NCBI GenBank assembly: GCA_964016885.1
Contig: OZ024740.1
Span: 187,240,001 to 187,304,000, forward strand
Direction: 5' to 3'
Source of the DNA: Eledone cirrhosa
Lineage: Eukaryota
DNA length: 64,000 nucleotides
Numbering within the stretch: position 1 is the first letter of the stretch; each line of letters opens with the position of its first letter. This document shows, in pieces, positions 26,463-41,340 of this stretch. Below the pieces are notes generated by a model. That model made no database searches. It worked only from the letters and a program-made list of their open reading frames with translations, and was not told the origin of the DNA. Made by a program: the position numbers and the translations under genes.

Positions 26463-26618
26463 ATACATAGCAGAGTATAACAGTTTTAATATAGATGAGA
26501 TTCTACAGGACTAGAACTGTTTCATTCATTAGAAATCATCGATGATTTCTAATGAATGAAACAGTTCTAGTCCTGTAGAATCTCATCTATATTAAAACTG
26601 TTATACTCTGCTATGTAT
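26463..26618. repeat. Perfect palindrome, 78-bp arms, no loop
   Basis: Centre ATCATC|GATGAT at 26540/26541. The right arm starts GATGA-T-TTC-TAAT-GAA-T-GAAAC-AGTT (HHR-like). Confidence 0.92.
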
Positions 26619-26665
26619 TGAGTACCTTACTTTCTGTGGTTACCTCCGATTCAACCCGGAATAAC

Positions 26666-26701
<36 letters not shown>

Positions 26702-26717
26702 CGTTTCTGAATTCTGA

Positions 26718-26830
<113 letters not shown>

Positions 26831-26835
26831 TATAT

Positions 26836-27006
26836 GGACACACTAGAAGTGGAAGACCAAGGTTAACATATGTTGATGCCCTAAGGACAGACACTGGTCT
26901 GTTGGAGGTGCAGGATATGGCAGCGATAATGAGGGACAGAGACCGGTGGAGAGAACTCGTCCATGGATCTCGGGAATTTTACCCGCCTTAGATTAGATAG
27001 ATTAGA
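26836..27006 (+). mobile_element. 3' end of a second RTE-like LINE family, inserted in (TA)n
   Basis: Reads [22 protein letters not shown]...[20 protein letters not shown], then a TAGA/TTAGA tail. Copies at 29201-29331 (-) and 30359-30490 (-). Confidence 0.8.
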
Positions 27007-27017
27007 TATATATATAC

Positions 27018-27115
<98 letters not shown>

Positions 27116-27165
27116 ATATACATATATATATATATACATATACATATATATATATATACATATAC

Positions 27166-27197
<32 letters not shown>

Positions 27198-27313
27198 ATA
27201 CATATACATATATATATACATATATATATACATATACATATATATATACATATATATATATATACATATACATATATATACATATATATATATATACATA
27301 TACATATATATAC

Positions 27314-27360
<47 letters not shown>

Positions 27361-27365
<5 letters not shown>

Positions 27366-28940
27366 TAAAATAACAGATTAAAGTTTAAGCAAAGAATCGC
27401 TGCTTTCACCCTTAACGGGATCTTCTGAAACTAACAAAGTCAATCTGTAAACGCAGAAGTGGATATTTCAAAAAACGTTGCAACCGGAGGAAGACAGGAA
27501 GACGATACTTTGGTCCGTGGTAACGTTCGCTGGCAAAGAACAGGAAAAAACGAATATAATACGTCATTAATAGGAGCGGTGAAAAACAATTACGCGCAAA
27601 GATAGAACCACGTTTATGGTATAAAAGAGGTCGTAGACTAATGTTCTCTTAGGTGGTTCATAGAGACGTTCTCTGGCAATGAACGAAAAAACGAAGATAA
27701 TACGTCATATGTGGAGCGTGGAGAACAATAGCACGCAAAGACAAAACCACGTAAATGGTACAGCAGAAGTCATAGACTAAAATTCTAACTAGGAGACCGA
27801 ATGAATCTCCGCTACAGAGTTAAGAACAAAGTAAATAAATACAATACAGAAGTAATAGAAATATATAAATACGTACACGCAAACAAATACGTACATACAC
27901 AACACAAGCATACGCCAAACACTTACCATAGGTATACAAAACCACGCACATATAAATATGTGTGTGTATGTATGCGTGTATACAAATAAATAAATAATTA
28001 TATAACCGTATATAAATAAATAAATACGTATATAACAAGCGCACACACATACCTACATGTAAATACACAAATGTTCGGAGACGTAAGTCAACCAAAACAT
28101 GAAGTACACATATACACACACCCTACATACGTACGAACCTGCATACTCACACAGACGCAAAACTCCCGTATACACATAGCCAAACCATATGTACCAGAAT
28201 ATATAAAATTATACGCCATAACATAAACAATCAAGTATACGTACGGGAAGGTATACGTACCTTCACAAAACATACGGATAATATATACTTACCTATGCAA
28301 ATAAGTAATGGTATAAACAAAACATATACTTAGCTCTCATATCAAGACGTAAAATATCCACGTATAGATCGTACTATCCGTTAGGGTATAACGTGGGGCT
28401 GTAATACAGGAAAGTTTTGTGCAATTTATGTTTACAAGTCGAAATTGCCTCAGATTTTTTGTTTATATGTGGTCTGTGGCGTAGAGTATTTCCAGGGCCT
28501 CAGCGGCTCAGAGGTCACATGGTCTTTTATTTCCGTTATACGATCTAGCCCTAGCTAGGATCTCCCAGTGTAACTTATATTGGGTGTGGTTATCTTTTAG
28601 ACTCCAGATATAAGCTGAAAGTGACATCATATTCCTTCTAAGAGGTTAACGAAAAGAATGGGTGTGCATGTAAAGACGCTGCTTGAATCTATTGGCGGTT
28701 AACTCTATGTAGGCCCTACGGGACGTGGTTGTTACAACCTTACATTTGTAGACAATGTTACTAGAGAGGCATTTCCCGGATAGGGGGCAATCAACCCGAT
28801 TCCTACAATTACAGTTAGTACTAACTACAGGGTTGCACGTGTTCCTACGGCTAGGTAGTTTAGCTAAATTTGAAGCTGTGATGTTATGTGCAAGGTTAGG
28901 AGTCATAGAGTAAGAAATTTTAATAGTATAATAGATTCAA
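27361..28940 (-). mobile_element. Penelope-like element 3' portion (Naiad-like GIY-YIG, 3' UTR, pseudo-LTR)
   Basis: ORF 28646-28906: CNCRNRVDCPLSGKCLSSNIVYKCKV...AYIELTANRFKQRLYMHTHSF. The 3' UTR has two units of about 143 bp (27530-27795). Confidence 0.85.
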
Positions 28941-28944
28941 GCAT

Positions 28945-28955
28945 AAATATATATG

Positions 28956-28987
<32 letters not shown>

Positions 28988-29045
28988 TGTATAAATATAT
29001 ATGTATATATATATATATGTATATATATATGTATAAATATATATG

Positions 29046-29124
<79 letters not shown>

Positions 29125-29420
29125 AAATATATATGTATATATATATATATACGTATATATATGTATAAATATATATGTATATATATATATATATATATGT
29201 ATCTATCTAAGGCGGGTAAAATTCCCGAGATCCATGGACGAGTTCTCTCCAGCGGTCTCTGTCCCTCATTATCGCTGCCATATCCTGCATCTCCAACAGA
29301 CCAGTGTCTGTCCTTAGGGCATCAACATATGTATAAATATATATGTATATATATATATATATATGTATATGTATATATATGTATAAATATATATGTATAT
29401 ATATATATATATATATGTAC

Positions 29421-29451
<31 letters not shown>

Positions 29452-29490
29452 CGTATAAATATATATGTATATATATATATATATATGTAC

Positions 29491-29521
<31 letters not shown>

Positions 29522-29528
29522 TATATAC

Positions 29529-29609
<81 letters not shown>

Positions 29610-29678
29610 CATATATATATATACATATATATATATACATATATATATATATATGTATATATATACATATATATATAC

Positions 29679-29731
<53 letters not shown>

Positions 29732-29799
29732 TATACATATATACATATATATACATATATACATATATATACATATATTTATATATATACATATATATT

Positions 29800-29891
<92 letters not shown>

Positions 29892-30000
29892 CATATATAT
29901 ATATATACATATATATATACATATATATATACATATATATATACATATATATACACATATATATATACATATATATACACATATATATACACATATATAT

Positions 30001-30088
<88 letters not shown>

Positions 30089-30172
30089 ATATACATATAT
30101 ATATACATATAAATATACATATATATATATATACATATATATATACATATATATATATACATATATATATAC

Positions 30173-30203
<31 letters not shown>

Positions 30204-30240
30204 CATATATACATATATACATATATATATACATACATAT

Positions 30241-30305
<65 letters not shown>

Positions 30306-30558
30306 CATATATATATATACATATATATATATACATATATATATGTATATATATATGTATCTATCTAAGGCGGGTAAAATTCCCGAGATCCATGGACGAG
30401 TTCTCTCCAGCGGTCTCTGTCCCTCATTATCGCTGCCATATACTGCATCTCCAACAGACCAGTGTCTGTCCTTAGGGCATCAACATATGTATAAATATAT
30501 ATGTATATATATATATATATGTATATGTATATATATGTATATATATATATATATATGT

Positions 30559-30619
<61 letters not shown>

Positions 30620-30660
30620 CGTATAAATATATATGTATATATATGAAATATATGAAATAT
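28945..30660. repeat. Interrupted (TA)n array with two LINE tails
   Basis: Seen directly. Confidence 0.92.
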
Positions 30661-30691
30661 AAGAATCAAAGAACTGTTCAAAACATTATTG

Positions 30692-30738
30692 TGCTTACAG
30701 CTGTTTCCTCCAAACCGAGGTTTGGATTCTTCGGAGCA
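30692..30738 (-). ncRNA. Hammerhead ribozyme motif in an inverted pseudo-LTR
   Basis: TGCT-CCGAAGA-A-TCCAAAC-CTCG-GTTTGGA-G-GAAAC-AGCT-GTA-AGCA (U4C variant), immediately upstream of and antisense to the PLE RT. Confidence 0.75.
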
Positions 30739-30809
30739 ATTTATTAATGCATGGACAGTTATATGACCTCCTTTTCAGCCGAGAGACATAATATAGTGGT
30801 TATAATATA

Positions 30810-32500
30810 GTGTCTAAACTAGGACTGCAGAGGCATACACAACCTTTCACTCCGAACCCCCCTAGATTCTCTCTGAAGGACCATAAGGAGAACTTCATCA
30901 GCAACCCCACGATAAGACTTATCTGCCCTTCCAAGTCCGACATTGGTATTATCAGCAAGAAGATTTTGGATAAAATCATCCCACAAATTAAACACAAGAT
31001 ACACCTTAAACAATGGGGAAATACGGGTGAAGTGATTGAATGGTTCAAGGATATCAAGAATAATAAGAACAAAAAATTTATTCAATTTGATATCAATTCA
31101 TACTACACCTCTATTTCCCCTATCCTATTAAATAAGGCACTTATCATGGCCATGAGCAATAGCGACCTGACTAGAGCCCAGGTTGATGTCATCCTTGCGG
31201 CCCGTAAAACCATAATCACCTTCGAGGACCAAATATGGACACGCAAGGATACGCACAACAACTTCGACATAACCATGGGATCTAGTGACTCGGCGCAGGT
31301 CACTGATTTGGTCGGCCTATACCTCCTCAATGAAATCCATAAGGACCTCCCTTACCTCAACGGTGGTTTGTACCGCGATGATGCACTTCTACTTATAGAA
31401 TATAAAAAATTTAATATAGAAAGAACTAGAAAACAATTGCATAAGACATTCAAAAACTTTAACCTTAGTATCACCATGGACAAAAACACTAAAAATGTTA
31501 ACTTCCTAGACGCCACACTATACCTAGACTCAAAAATATATACACCTTTCCATAAGCCTAACGAGAAACTTATTTACGTAGATACCAAGTCTAATCACCC
31601 TAGATCAATATTAAACTCTATCTCTAAGGGGGTGTCCAATAGAATCTCTAGTCTGTCCTATGACGCAAACATATTTAGCAAAAACTCACAATATTACAAT
31701 CAAGCATTAGCAAGCTCCGGCCATAATATAGAAATTGAGTTCCTACCTAAGAAAACACATAGCTACAACATCATCTCGCACAACATGTCCATGAGGAAAC
31801 CTAATAATAGGAATAGCAACCACAAGTGCACCAAAGCGGAGGGTGCCACCGGAAGTAACCATTACCATGAAAACTACTGTGGGGCCTTATTAGGAAGCAA
31901 CACACCAAACACTAAAAGCAAAAATAGAAGAAGAAATAATACATTTTTCAACCCTCCTTTCAACCTAAATGTCTCCACCAACATACTAGGGCTTTCTTCT
32001 CACTACTAGATAAAAACTTCCCTCTAGGACACAAGTACCACAACCTCTTAAACAAAAACACCATTAAAATCTCATACTCTACGACACCTAACTTAGCATA
32101 CCACATAGCTAGCAGCAATAATAGTAAAATTAGTTCTTACTTCCAACAAACAAAATCACAACGGGATGCAAACCTTCTAAATACCACTGTAGCAAGCAAC
32201 CATAGCAACGGCAGTAACAATAGAAATAACACTAGTATAAGTAATAACACCAGGGTTGTCAACCCGAACGCCCAAAATCCTATAGCTACCACACAGACTT
32301 CCGCACTGCATTATAACCAGCGGACTAACGCACAGGATAATTGTAACTGTAGAGCTAATAGAACCTGCCCTTTAGATAAAAAATGCCTAACCAAGGATAT
32401 CATATACTCATGCACCGTCACGACTAACAACTCTTCAGAAACCTATGTAGGCTCCACTTCTAACTGCTTCAAAATCAGATATAATTCGCACATCCACTGA
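30810..32500 (+). pseudogene. Penelope-like RT + partial GIY-YIG (Naiad-like), one frameshift
   Basis: SLKDHKENF..IRLICP, FIQFDINSYY, FDITMGSSDSAQVTDLVGLYLL, GLYRDD. After a frameshift near 31990 it continues FFSLLDKNFP..IKISYSTTPNL..CNCRANRTCPLDKKCL..IIYSC..YVGST..FKIRYNSH. Confidence 0.9.
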
Positions 32501-32595
32501 TAGGCAGCGCGACCTCGTACAAACCACCTAATAAATTTTGTAACCTCTGTATACTAGAGACACACAATATTATCTTCTCCAACCGTAAAAACACA

Positions 32596-33654
32596 ATGGA
32601 AAGCATCCAGCAAATAGCAAACTCCATCCACCAGAGCATTAGAGTCACTATAGACTACCCAAGTAGACACCCCAACCATCGATTACCTGTACTAGACACA
32701 GAGCTCTGGTTAGATACAATTAACAACCAAAAACAAATCCTCCATTCCCATTATGCCAAACCCATGACTTCCAAACATCTGATCCACCGAAAGTCGGCCA
32801 TTTCGGACCATACCAAAATCAACATACTGATTGCGGATTTGGTACGGGTGATGATAAATGTGTCCCGCATGTGCAACCCCGAAGAACTAGAGAGACATAT
32901 ACAACACTTCATCCACCGTATGCAGTTCTCTGGCTACAATCAGAGAGATAGAATCAGAGTGTATAAAGGAGCCAGAACCAAATGGGAAAAAATGGTAAAT
33001 AATGACATAAATGGGACCTGCCCCTTGTATAGGAGCAAATTTTGGAATAGAATAGAAAGAACTAAGAACAAGGCCAATAGAATAAACTCATGGTATGATA
33101 GCAATAAATACCAGAGTGTAATGTTCATCAATACAATCCCTAGAGGCGAACTAGCCTACAAATTTAGAAGGGCCCTAAAGAAACATAATCTCAATATTAA
33201 GATAGTAGAAAGACCTGGTACCTCCGTAAAAACACTTATTAGCAAGACATACCCGTTCCAAAGACCCTCATGTATAGATAAGAAATGTATAACCTGTAAA
33301 ATAAGCCCCCATATTAACTGTAAAACTAGAAATGTAGTATATAGCATAAGATGTACTGAAGGACAATGTAGAAACAAAAATATAGTGTACATAGGTGAGA
33401 CAGCTCGTAGTATAGGGGAACGAATAAATGAACACTGGCGAGACCTCCAAGATAATAAAGAATCATCTATGCTCTACCAACATGCTAAGATAGAACACAG
33501 GGGTAAATTAGAGAGCATAGAAATAAAAATAGAATCCACACACAAGAAAGACGCAATGTTTAGGCAAATTACAGAGGCAGTAAGCATAAAAGAATTAAAA
33601 CCAAAATTAAATAGAAAATATGAGTGGAACAGCAACATCACAACTTACAATTAA
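32596..33654 (+). CDS. Penelope-like element C-terminal part (RT thumb + GIY-YIG), lineage distinct from the upstream element
   Basis: LPVLDTELW, YAKPM, CIDKKCITC, NCKTRNVVYSIRC..VYIGETARSIGERINEH, RQITEAVSI, LNRKYEW. Confidence 0.9.
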   Translation: MESIQQIANSIHQSIRVTIDYPSRHPNHRLPVLDTELWLDTINNQKQILHSHYAKPMTSKHLIHRKSAISDHTKINILIADLVRVMINVSRMCNPEELERHIQHFIHRMQFSGYNQRDRIRVYKGARTKWEKMVNNDINGTCPLYRSKFWNRIERTKNKANRINSWYDSNKYQSVMFINTIPRGELAYKFRRALKKHNLNIKIVERPGTSVKTLISKTYPFQRPSCIDKKCITCKISPHINCKTRNVVYSIRCTEGQCRNKNIVYIGETARSIGERINEHWRDLQDNKESSMLYQHAKIEHRGKLESIEIKIESTHKKDAMFRQITEAVSIKELKPKLNRKYEWNSNITTYN

Positions 33655-33959
33655 GGACAAAATGAAAACACACACACACATAGAACAAACAACTTACAAT
33701 TGAAAACACACACAAAATGAAAACACACACAAGACAAAATGAAAACACACACACACATAGAACAAACAACCAACCAACAATAAATAAATAAATAAACAAA
33801 CAAATAGAAAAATATAAATAGAAAAATAGAAAAATGAACACAAACACACACAGACACCCGGATGTGGCGCATGCGCAAACTGAGCACGCAACCCACACAC
33901 AAACAAAATGGCGTAGGATAGAAGAAAAGAAAGGCAGAGAAACGAAGAAAGAAATCCCC

Positions 33960-34004
33960 AGTCACTGAAGAGGTCACAGAGTGTGTGACGAAAGAACTAT
34001 GACT
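33960..34004 (+). ncRNA. Hammerhead ribozyme motif in PLE 3' UTR
   Basis: AGTCA-CTGAAGA-G-GTCACA-GAGTG-TGTGAC-GAAAG-AA-CTA-TGACT, about 300 bp after the GIY-YIG stop. Confidence 0.8.
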
Positions 34005-34219
34005 ATATATATATAAACAACTATCTGGTTGTGGAACCAACCAACCAACCAGAAATTTATAAATTTGTAAATTTATAAATATATAATAAATTAAATTGAA
34101 GTGAAAGCAACTGGTGCGTGTGTTTCTTATTGGCAACATGACCCTCCCAAAGTATAACAATATCGGTTTCAACACACGATTTCAGATAAAGAATCTTGCT
34201 AAACAAATTCAGAAACGAC

Positions 34220-34511
34220 ATATATATATACATATATATCTATATATATATCTATATATATATACATATATATCTATATATATATACATATATATATACA
34301 TATATATATCTATATATATATACATATATATATACATATATATCTATATATATATACATATATATATACATATATATCTATATATATATACATATATCTC
34401 TATATATATAGATACATATATCTCTATATATATAGATACATATATATATATATATAGATACATATATATATATATATATAGATACATATATATATATATA
34501 TATATAGATAC

Positions 34512-34596
<85 letters not shown>

Positions 34597-34673
34597 GATA
34601 CATATATATATATATATATATATAGATACATATATATATATATAGATACATATATATATATATATATATATAG

Positions 34674-34704
<31 letters not shown>

Positions 34705-34731
34705 GATACATATATATATATATATATATAG

Positions 34732-34762
<31 letters not shown>

Positions 34763-34763
34763 G

Positions 34764-34823
<60 letters not shown>

Positions 34824-34841
34824 TTATATATATATATATAG

Positions 34842-34891
<50 letters not shown>
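34220..34891. repeat. (TA)n array with GATAC interruptions
   Basis: Seen directly. Confidence 0.92.
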
Positions 34892-34893
<2 letters not shown>

Positions 34894-36152
34894 CGAAGGA
34901 AATGTGGTAAGGAACCAGGTGGACCATAACGCACCAAAGTACTCAATAGTTGGGGTAGTAGAGTGTGTAATAGGAACCAGTAAGGCCCCGACGGCTGAGC
35001 TCAAGCCGTTCCGACGGCTAATTCTGGACTAAATGAAAATTTATCCTGGTATTTAAATAGCCGATCTTCTCAAGGGGAAGAACTACTTCTTTGTCGGCGT
35101 CTTTTCTCGCCAACCCGAGGCCGCCCTTTGGCCCCTTTTAGCCTTAGTACCCCCACCTCTCCCCTAGTCTATGATAGATTTGGCGGACTCCGCTTTTTAT
35201 AGCAGTTGGTTTAGACCCCGCATACTTGCCCCCTTTTTTCCGACCGCTCCCACTATTTTCCGTGCCTTCTATATTTCTTAGTGGCACTTATGCTTTATTT
35301 TCTCGTCTCAGTATTTCTTTCTTCGCTTTTCTTTTGGGCGGGGTGGATTCTGAATTTATTTTTCCGTATTCTACCTTTACTTCGTACGAACTTTCTTGTA
35401 GCTTGTTTAAGGTCTTTTAGAGTTAGCTTTAGTATATATTTTTTTCGGGACTCAGAATTATTATCTCGTACTAGTTTACTTTGCTGCACTGGGTGGTTGC
35501 TGGCATTGTGCCCGGGATAGAAACCTTTATTATTTATTTCGTGGTAGTCTCTTTAGTATTTTGGCCCCATTTGTTGACCTGTCACCGTATGATTTACGTA
35601 CTTATACCTCTTAAAAGGGTCCTTGCCTATTACGTCCCACCTAGTTCATTTACTTATTTCGTTATTTCTTTATTTATTTCTTTACTTCTTTCTTTCTTTA
35701 TTTATTTATTTATCTAGCCTAACAATAGCTAGAGACTTAGGTCCTAGAACTTGCTTTACTTTTTTCTTTACACTTATTCGCTTTTCTTCACTCTCAGTAT
35801 TTTTTTTTTCATATATATTTTTACCCCTCATTGTTCTACCTACAGTTCCGACTTCCGCCCCCTCCCCAGTATCTTCTTTGACCTCATGCTCAGCTGTAGC
35901 TGGCACGACCAACGCTTCATTGGGTCTACTCCACCCCTCCCCTCTTTCTCCTACTGGCAGGTTTAGCCACCATCTCCCCTACTAATTTGCAATCACAGAA
36001 TTACTACTGACTTTTGACAATCACTTTGACCATATATGGAATTACCCCTTGAGAAGATCGGCTATTTAAATACCAGGATAAATTTTCATTTAGTCCAGAA
36101 TTAGCCGTCGAAACGGCTTGAGCTCAGCCGTCGGGGTCTTACTGGTTCCTAT
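34892..36152 (+). mobile_element. Non-coding PLE-like element with about 108-bp inverted repeats carrying a variant HHR
   Basis: 34969-35077 is nearly the reverse complement of 36045-36152. Motif ACCCC-TTGAGAAGA-T-CGGCTA..TAGCCG-TC-GAAAC-GGCTTGAGCTCAGCC-GTC-GGGGT at 36044-36137. Confidence 0.7.
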
Positions 36153-37995
<1,843 letters not shown>

Positions 37996-40900
37996 TAACT
38001 TTGAATAACTTTGAAATGTTTTGGCCAGTATTGGCCCAGGCCATGTCTAACTTAATAGCACCACCTGGCGAAGTCTTTCAATTCAGGATTTGGGCACCAT
38101 GGCCCATTCGAGAAGAGAATTACTGTTTGCGGAGACATATCCGGGTGTGGGTGGTTTGTCCGGGATTACTTGGAGGAATTTGTCCAAAGACTTCTTGAAT
38201 TTTGTGTGGTCAGTTTCTGTTTTGACGTGTCCTGGTGTGATGTTGAAGAGAGCAGGGCCGATTGAGGGGAAATAATTGTGCCGTATTGTTGTTATGAGTT
38301 GCGATTTAGATTTTTGAATGGGACGGATAGCACGGGGCCCAAGCCTTGGGTGTATCTTGAAGGCGATGCCAACATCATTTGGGCAGTGATGATGGAACAT
38401 TTTCCACATCATGCAGATAATATAACGCTCACGGCGACGTTGGAGTGAGTAAAGTTTCAGGTTTTCCAATCGACCCCAGTAGTCAAGGTCTGACATGCCA
38501 TCTATCTTTTTCGTGATTGCCCTTTGAGGAGCTTCAAGTTTCATGATACTTTGTTTCGTGTGGGGAGACCACAGTGGACAACAGTATTCAAGGTGTGGTC
38601 GGGCGAAAGTAGAGAAGAGAAGGATAATGGTGCGGGAATCTCTCGACTGGAAGGTTCTGAGGATCCAGGAACACATTCTGCGGGCCATGTCAACTTTGCT
38701 GCTTATATGCGTGGTCCAGCTTATGTTGCTGTCCACGGTTACTCCCAAGTCTCTGATGTTGTTAGATGCCACGAGAGTTTCCCCGGAGGGAAGGGAGTAC
38801 GGGAGTTTCAGAGCATCCTCTTTTCCAAAGTGGATCAGTTCGAATTTGTCTTCGTTCAGTAACATGTTGTTCTTTTCTGCCCATTGGGTAACAGCCAGTA
38901 GGTCTGACTGAAGGCTTATCCGGTCATCCACGCCATTGATGACCTTTTGGAGCTTGGAATCATCAGCGAAAATTTTAATGTTGCTGTGTTTGATGGTGTC
39001 AGTGATGTCATTAATATAGATGATGAAGAGAAGTGGGCCCAACACAGTGCCTTGTGGGACTCCACTACTGACTTTGGCTGGGCTTGATTTGACTCCCTCA
39101 ACTACAACATGTTGGGTTCTGTTTGACAGGAAGCTCTTGATCCACTGCAGCAGCTTTCCAGTGACACCAATATTGGACAGCTTTCTCAGTAGAATGTTAT
39201 GATCAACCCTGTCAAAGGCCTTGCTGAAATCAAGGTAGATAACATCAGTGTTGGAACCCTCTCCCAAGGCTCTCAAAATGTCATCAAAGTGATGCAGTAG
39301 TTGCGTCAGGCAATCCCTTCCATTACGGAATCCATGCTGGTTGGAGTTCAGCATATTGTTACTCTCAAGGAAGTGGGTCATTCGCGATCTCACCACTCGC
39401 TCAAATACCTTAATGATATGAGAGGTGAGTGAGATTGGACGGTAATTCACGGCAAGGGATTTGTTTCCCTTTTTGAAAACTGGGACAACAGACTGGGATA
39501 GAAGGTTTTCTGGCACATATCCAGCATCCAGTGAGTTCCGCCACAGATTGGCAAGAGGAGAAGCAAGTTGGTGTTGACACGCCTTCAAGACACAAGCAGG
39601 GAACCTATCGGGACCTACTGCTGAATTATGCTTGATTTCCTTTATTGCCGCCAAGACATCAGGGGCGCCAAACGTTATGTCCGATAAGGTGTAATGGGGA
39701 GTAACATCGCCGATACAGCCCAGATCGGCCATATCAGGATTGCTGAAAACAGAGCAGTATTGTTTCTGCAGTATCTCACCCATGGTTTTAGCATTGTCTT
39801 GAAGAGTGCCATTTTCATCAATTAGAGGGCCAACAGTAGAGCCAGTGATTTTGTGTTTTTTTGCAAATGAAAAGAACACTTTGGGATTGAGTTTGATCTT
39901 CTCAATGGCCCAGGCCTCTTCAGCTCTTCTCTGATTGTTGATGAGGGACATTATGTTGTTTTGGAGGTTATGTTTTTTAATCTCTAGTGATGAAATGGCA
40001 GTCAAGTTGATGTGTTGCTGCTGACAGTATTTCAGCTTGTTGATTTTTTTGTTCGTTCTCTTAATTTTTCTGATGAGTGTTTTTCTATTTCTAGGGATTC
40101 TGCTCTTAGATTTGTTTATAGTTCTTAATGGGGTGTGTTTAGCACATATGTTTGTAACAGTGTCCACAAATGTCTGCCAGGACTTTTTGATGTTAGTGGG
40201 TGTATGAGTGTGCGTGAAGGACCAGTCGACATGTGCAAGATCATGACTGATCGCTTCCCAGTTTGCATTGTGGAAATCCATAGCGTCAAACGGATGGACA
40301 GGAGAAATGACATTGGGTTTGTATATTGGACGGTGGAATCTCAGATCACAGAGAACCATGTCATGATCAGAGAGTAGAGTTTTCTCCACTGCAATATTGT
40401 GGATATTGTCAGTGTGATTGCTGAAAATTAAGTCTAGGACGTTTTTGTGGCACCTCGTTGGTTCGAGCACTAGTTGGGATAGGAAGAAATCATCCATGAA
40501 GTCAAGAAGCGATTCCACAGCTTCCCTGTCAGAGGTTGAGGCAGAAGAACCTGGTGGCAGGGTGTTTGTGGACCAGTCAACTCCGGGGAGGTTGAAGTCC
40601 CCCATCATTAAGATGTTGTCAGGGTGACACTCTTGGATGAAACACTTTATGCTGTTGAGGCATTCCTTGAAGCATGGTACAGGCGTTTGGGGTGGCCTAT
40701 AGAGCCCAACTACTAATAGGTTGTTGGTTTGACTGAATACAGTGACTGCCTCACAGTATCCATTAGTGAATATGTTCATAGCCTCTGTTGAGAAAGAATT
40801 ATGGACATAAATGGCAGTTCCGCCCTTTCTTCTGCCAGCGCGATCAGCACGGATGGCTTTGAAATTTTTCACTTTCACCTCGGCTTCCAAGTGGAGGTTA

Positions 40901-41133
40901 CTGAGATGGGTTTCAGTGAGGACGAAGAAAGGGATGTGGTTTGGATGGACATCAATCCAGTCCTCCAGGAATTTGATCTTCCATTTTTGAGTATTGGTGG
41001 AAGGGCTGATGCCTTGGGCGTTAAGCAAAAATGTAGAGGTGAGAGTGGATGGTTTTAATTGTTTTGGTGTGTTGTTAATTTGTTTGTTTGTTAATGGCAG
41101 CAATGGGAGTATATATATATATGGCAGCAATGT
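37996..41133 (-). mobile_element. CR1-group LINE lacking ORF1
   Basis: Complete APE+RT ORF, short 3' UTR ending in (TTCAAAGTTA)2, microsatellite on both sides. Confidence 0.9.
38083..41133 (-). CDS. LINE ORF2: AP endonuclease + reverse transcriptase (about 1016 codons, uninterrupted)
   Basis: LNAQG, LTETHL, YRPP, GDFNLP, LDLIF, SDH; [47 protein letters not shown]. The first 84 aa of the track ORF are microsatellite. Confidence 0.93.
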   Translation of the reverse strand, partial: TLLPYIYILPLLPLTNKQINNTPKQLKPSTLTSTFLLNAQGISPSTNTQKWKIKFLEDWIDVHPNHIPFFVLTETHLSNLHLEAEVKVKNFKAIRADRAGRRKGGTAIYVHNSFSTEAMNIFTNGYCEAVTVFSQTNNLLVVGLYRPPQTPVPCFKECLNSIKCFIQECHPDNILMMGDFNLPGVDWSTNTLPPGSSASTSDREAVESLLDFMDDFFLSQLVLEPTRCHKNVLDLIFSNHTDNIHNIAVEKTLLSDHDMVLCDLRFHRPIYKPNVISPVHPFDAMDFHNANWEAISHDLAHVDWSFTHTHTPTNIKKSWQTFVDTVTNICAKHTPLRTINKSKSRIPRNRKTLIRKIKRTNKKINKLKYCQQQHINLTAISSLEIKKHNLQNNIMSLINNQRRAEEAWAIEKIKLNPKVFFSFAKKHKITGSTVGPLIDENGTLQDNAKTMGEILQKQYCSVFSNPDMADLGCIGDVTPHYTLSDITFGAPDVLAAIKEIKHNSAVGPDRFPACVLKACQHQLASPLANLWRNSLDAGYVPENLLSQSVVPVFKKGNKSLAVNYRPISLTSHIIKVFERVVRSRMTHFLESNNMLNSNQHGFRNGRDCLTQLLHHFDDILRALGEGSNTDVIYLDFSKAFDRVDHNILLRKLSNIGVTGKLLQWIKSFLSNRTQHVVVEGVKSSPAKVSSGVPQGTVLGPLLFIIYINDITDTIKHSNIKIFADDSKLQKVINGVDDRISLQSDLLAVTQWAEKNNMLLNEDKFELIHFGKEDALKLPYSLPSGETLVASNNIRDLGVTVDSNISWTTHISSKVDMARRMCSWILRTFQSRDSRTIILLFSTFARPHLEYCCPLWSPHTKQSIMKLEAPQRAITKKIDGMSDLDYWGRLENLKLYSLQRRRERYIICMMWKMFHHHCPNDVGIAFKIHPRLGPRAIRPIQKSKSQLITTIRHNYFPSIGPALFNITPGHVKTETDHTKFKKSLDKFLQVIPDKPPTPGYVSANSNSLLEWAMVPKS

Positions 41134-41142
41134 ATGTATATA

Positions 41143-41217
<75 letters not shown>

Positions 41218-41223
41218 ACATAA

Positions 41224-41268
<45 letters not shown>

Positions 41269-41297
41269 CACATACATATATACATACATATATATAC

Positions 41298-41340
<43 letters not shown>

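Noticed and set aside
28945-30660. CRISPR-like repeat/spacer appearance of inserts between TA tracts
   Set aside because: Eukaryotic context, variable-length microsatellite in place of fixed repeats, and no cas genes.
27361-32500. Selenoprotein features reported for some Naiad PLEs
   Set aside because: Zinc-motif cysteines are encoded by TGT/TGC, no in-frame TGA was seen at these positions, and no convincing SECIS was found by eye.
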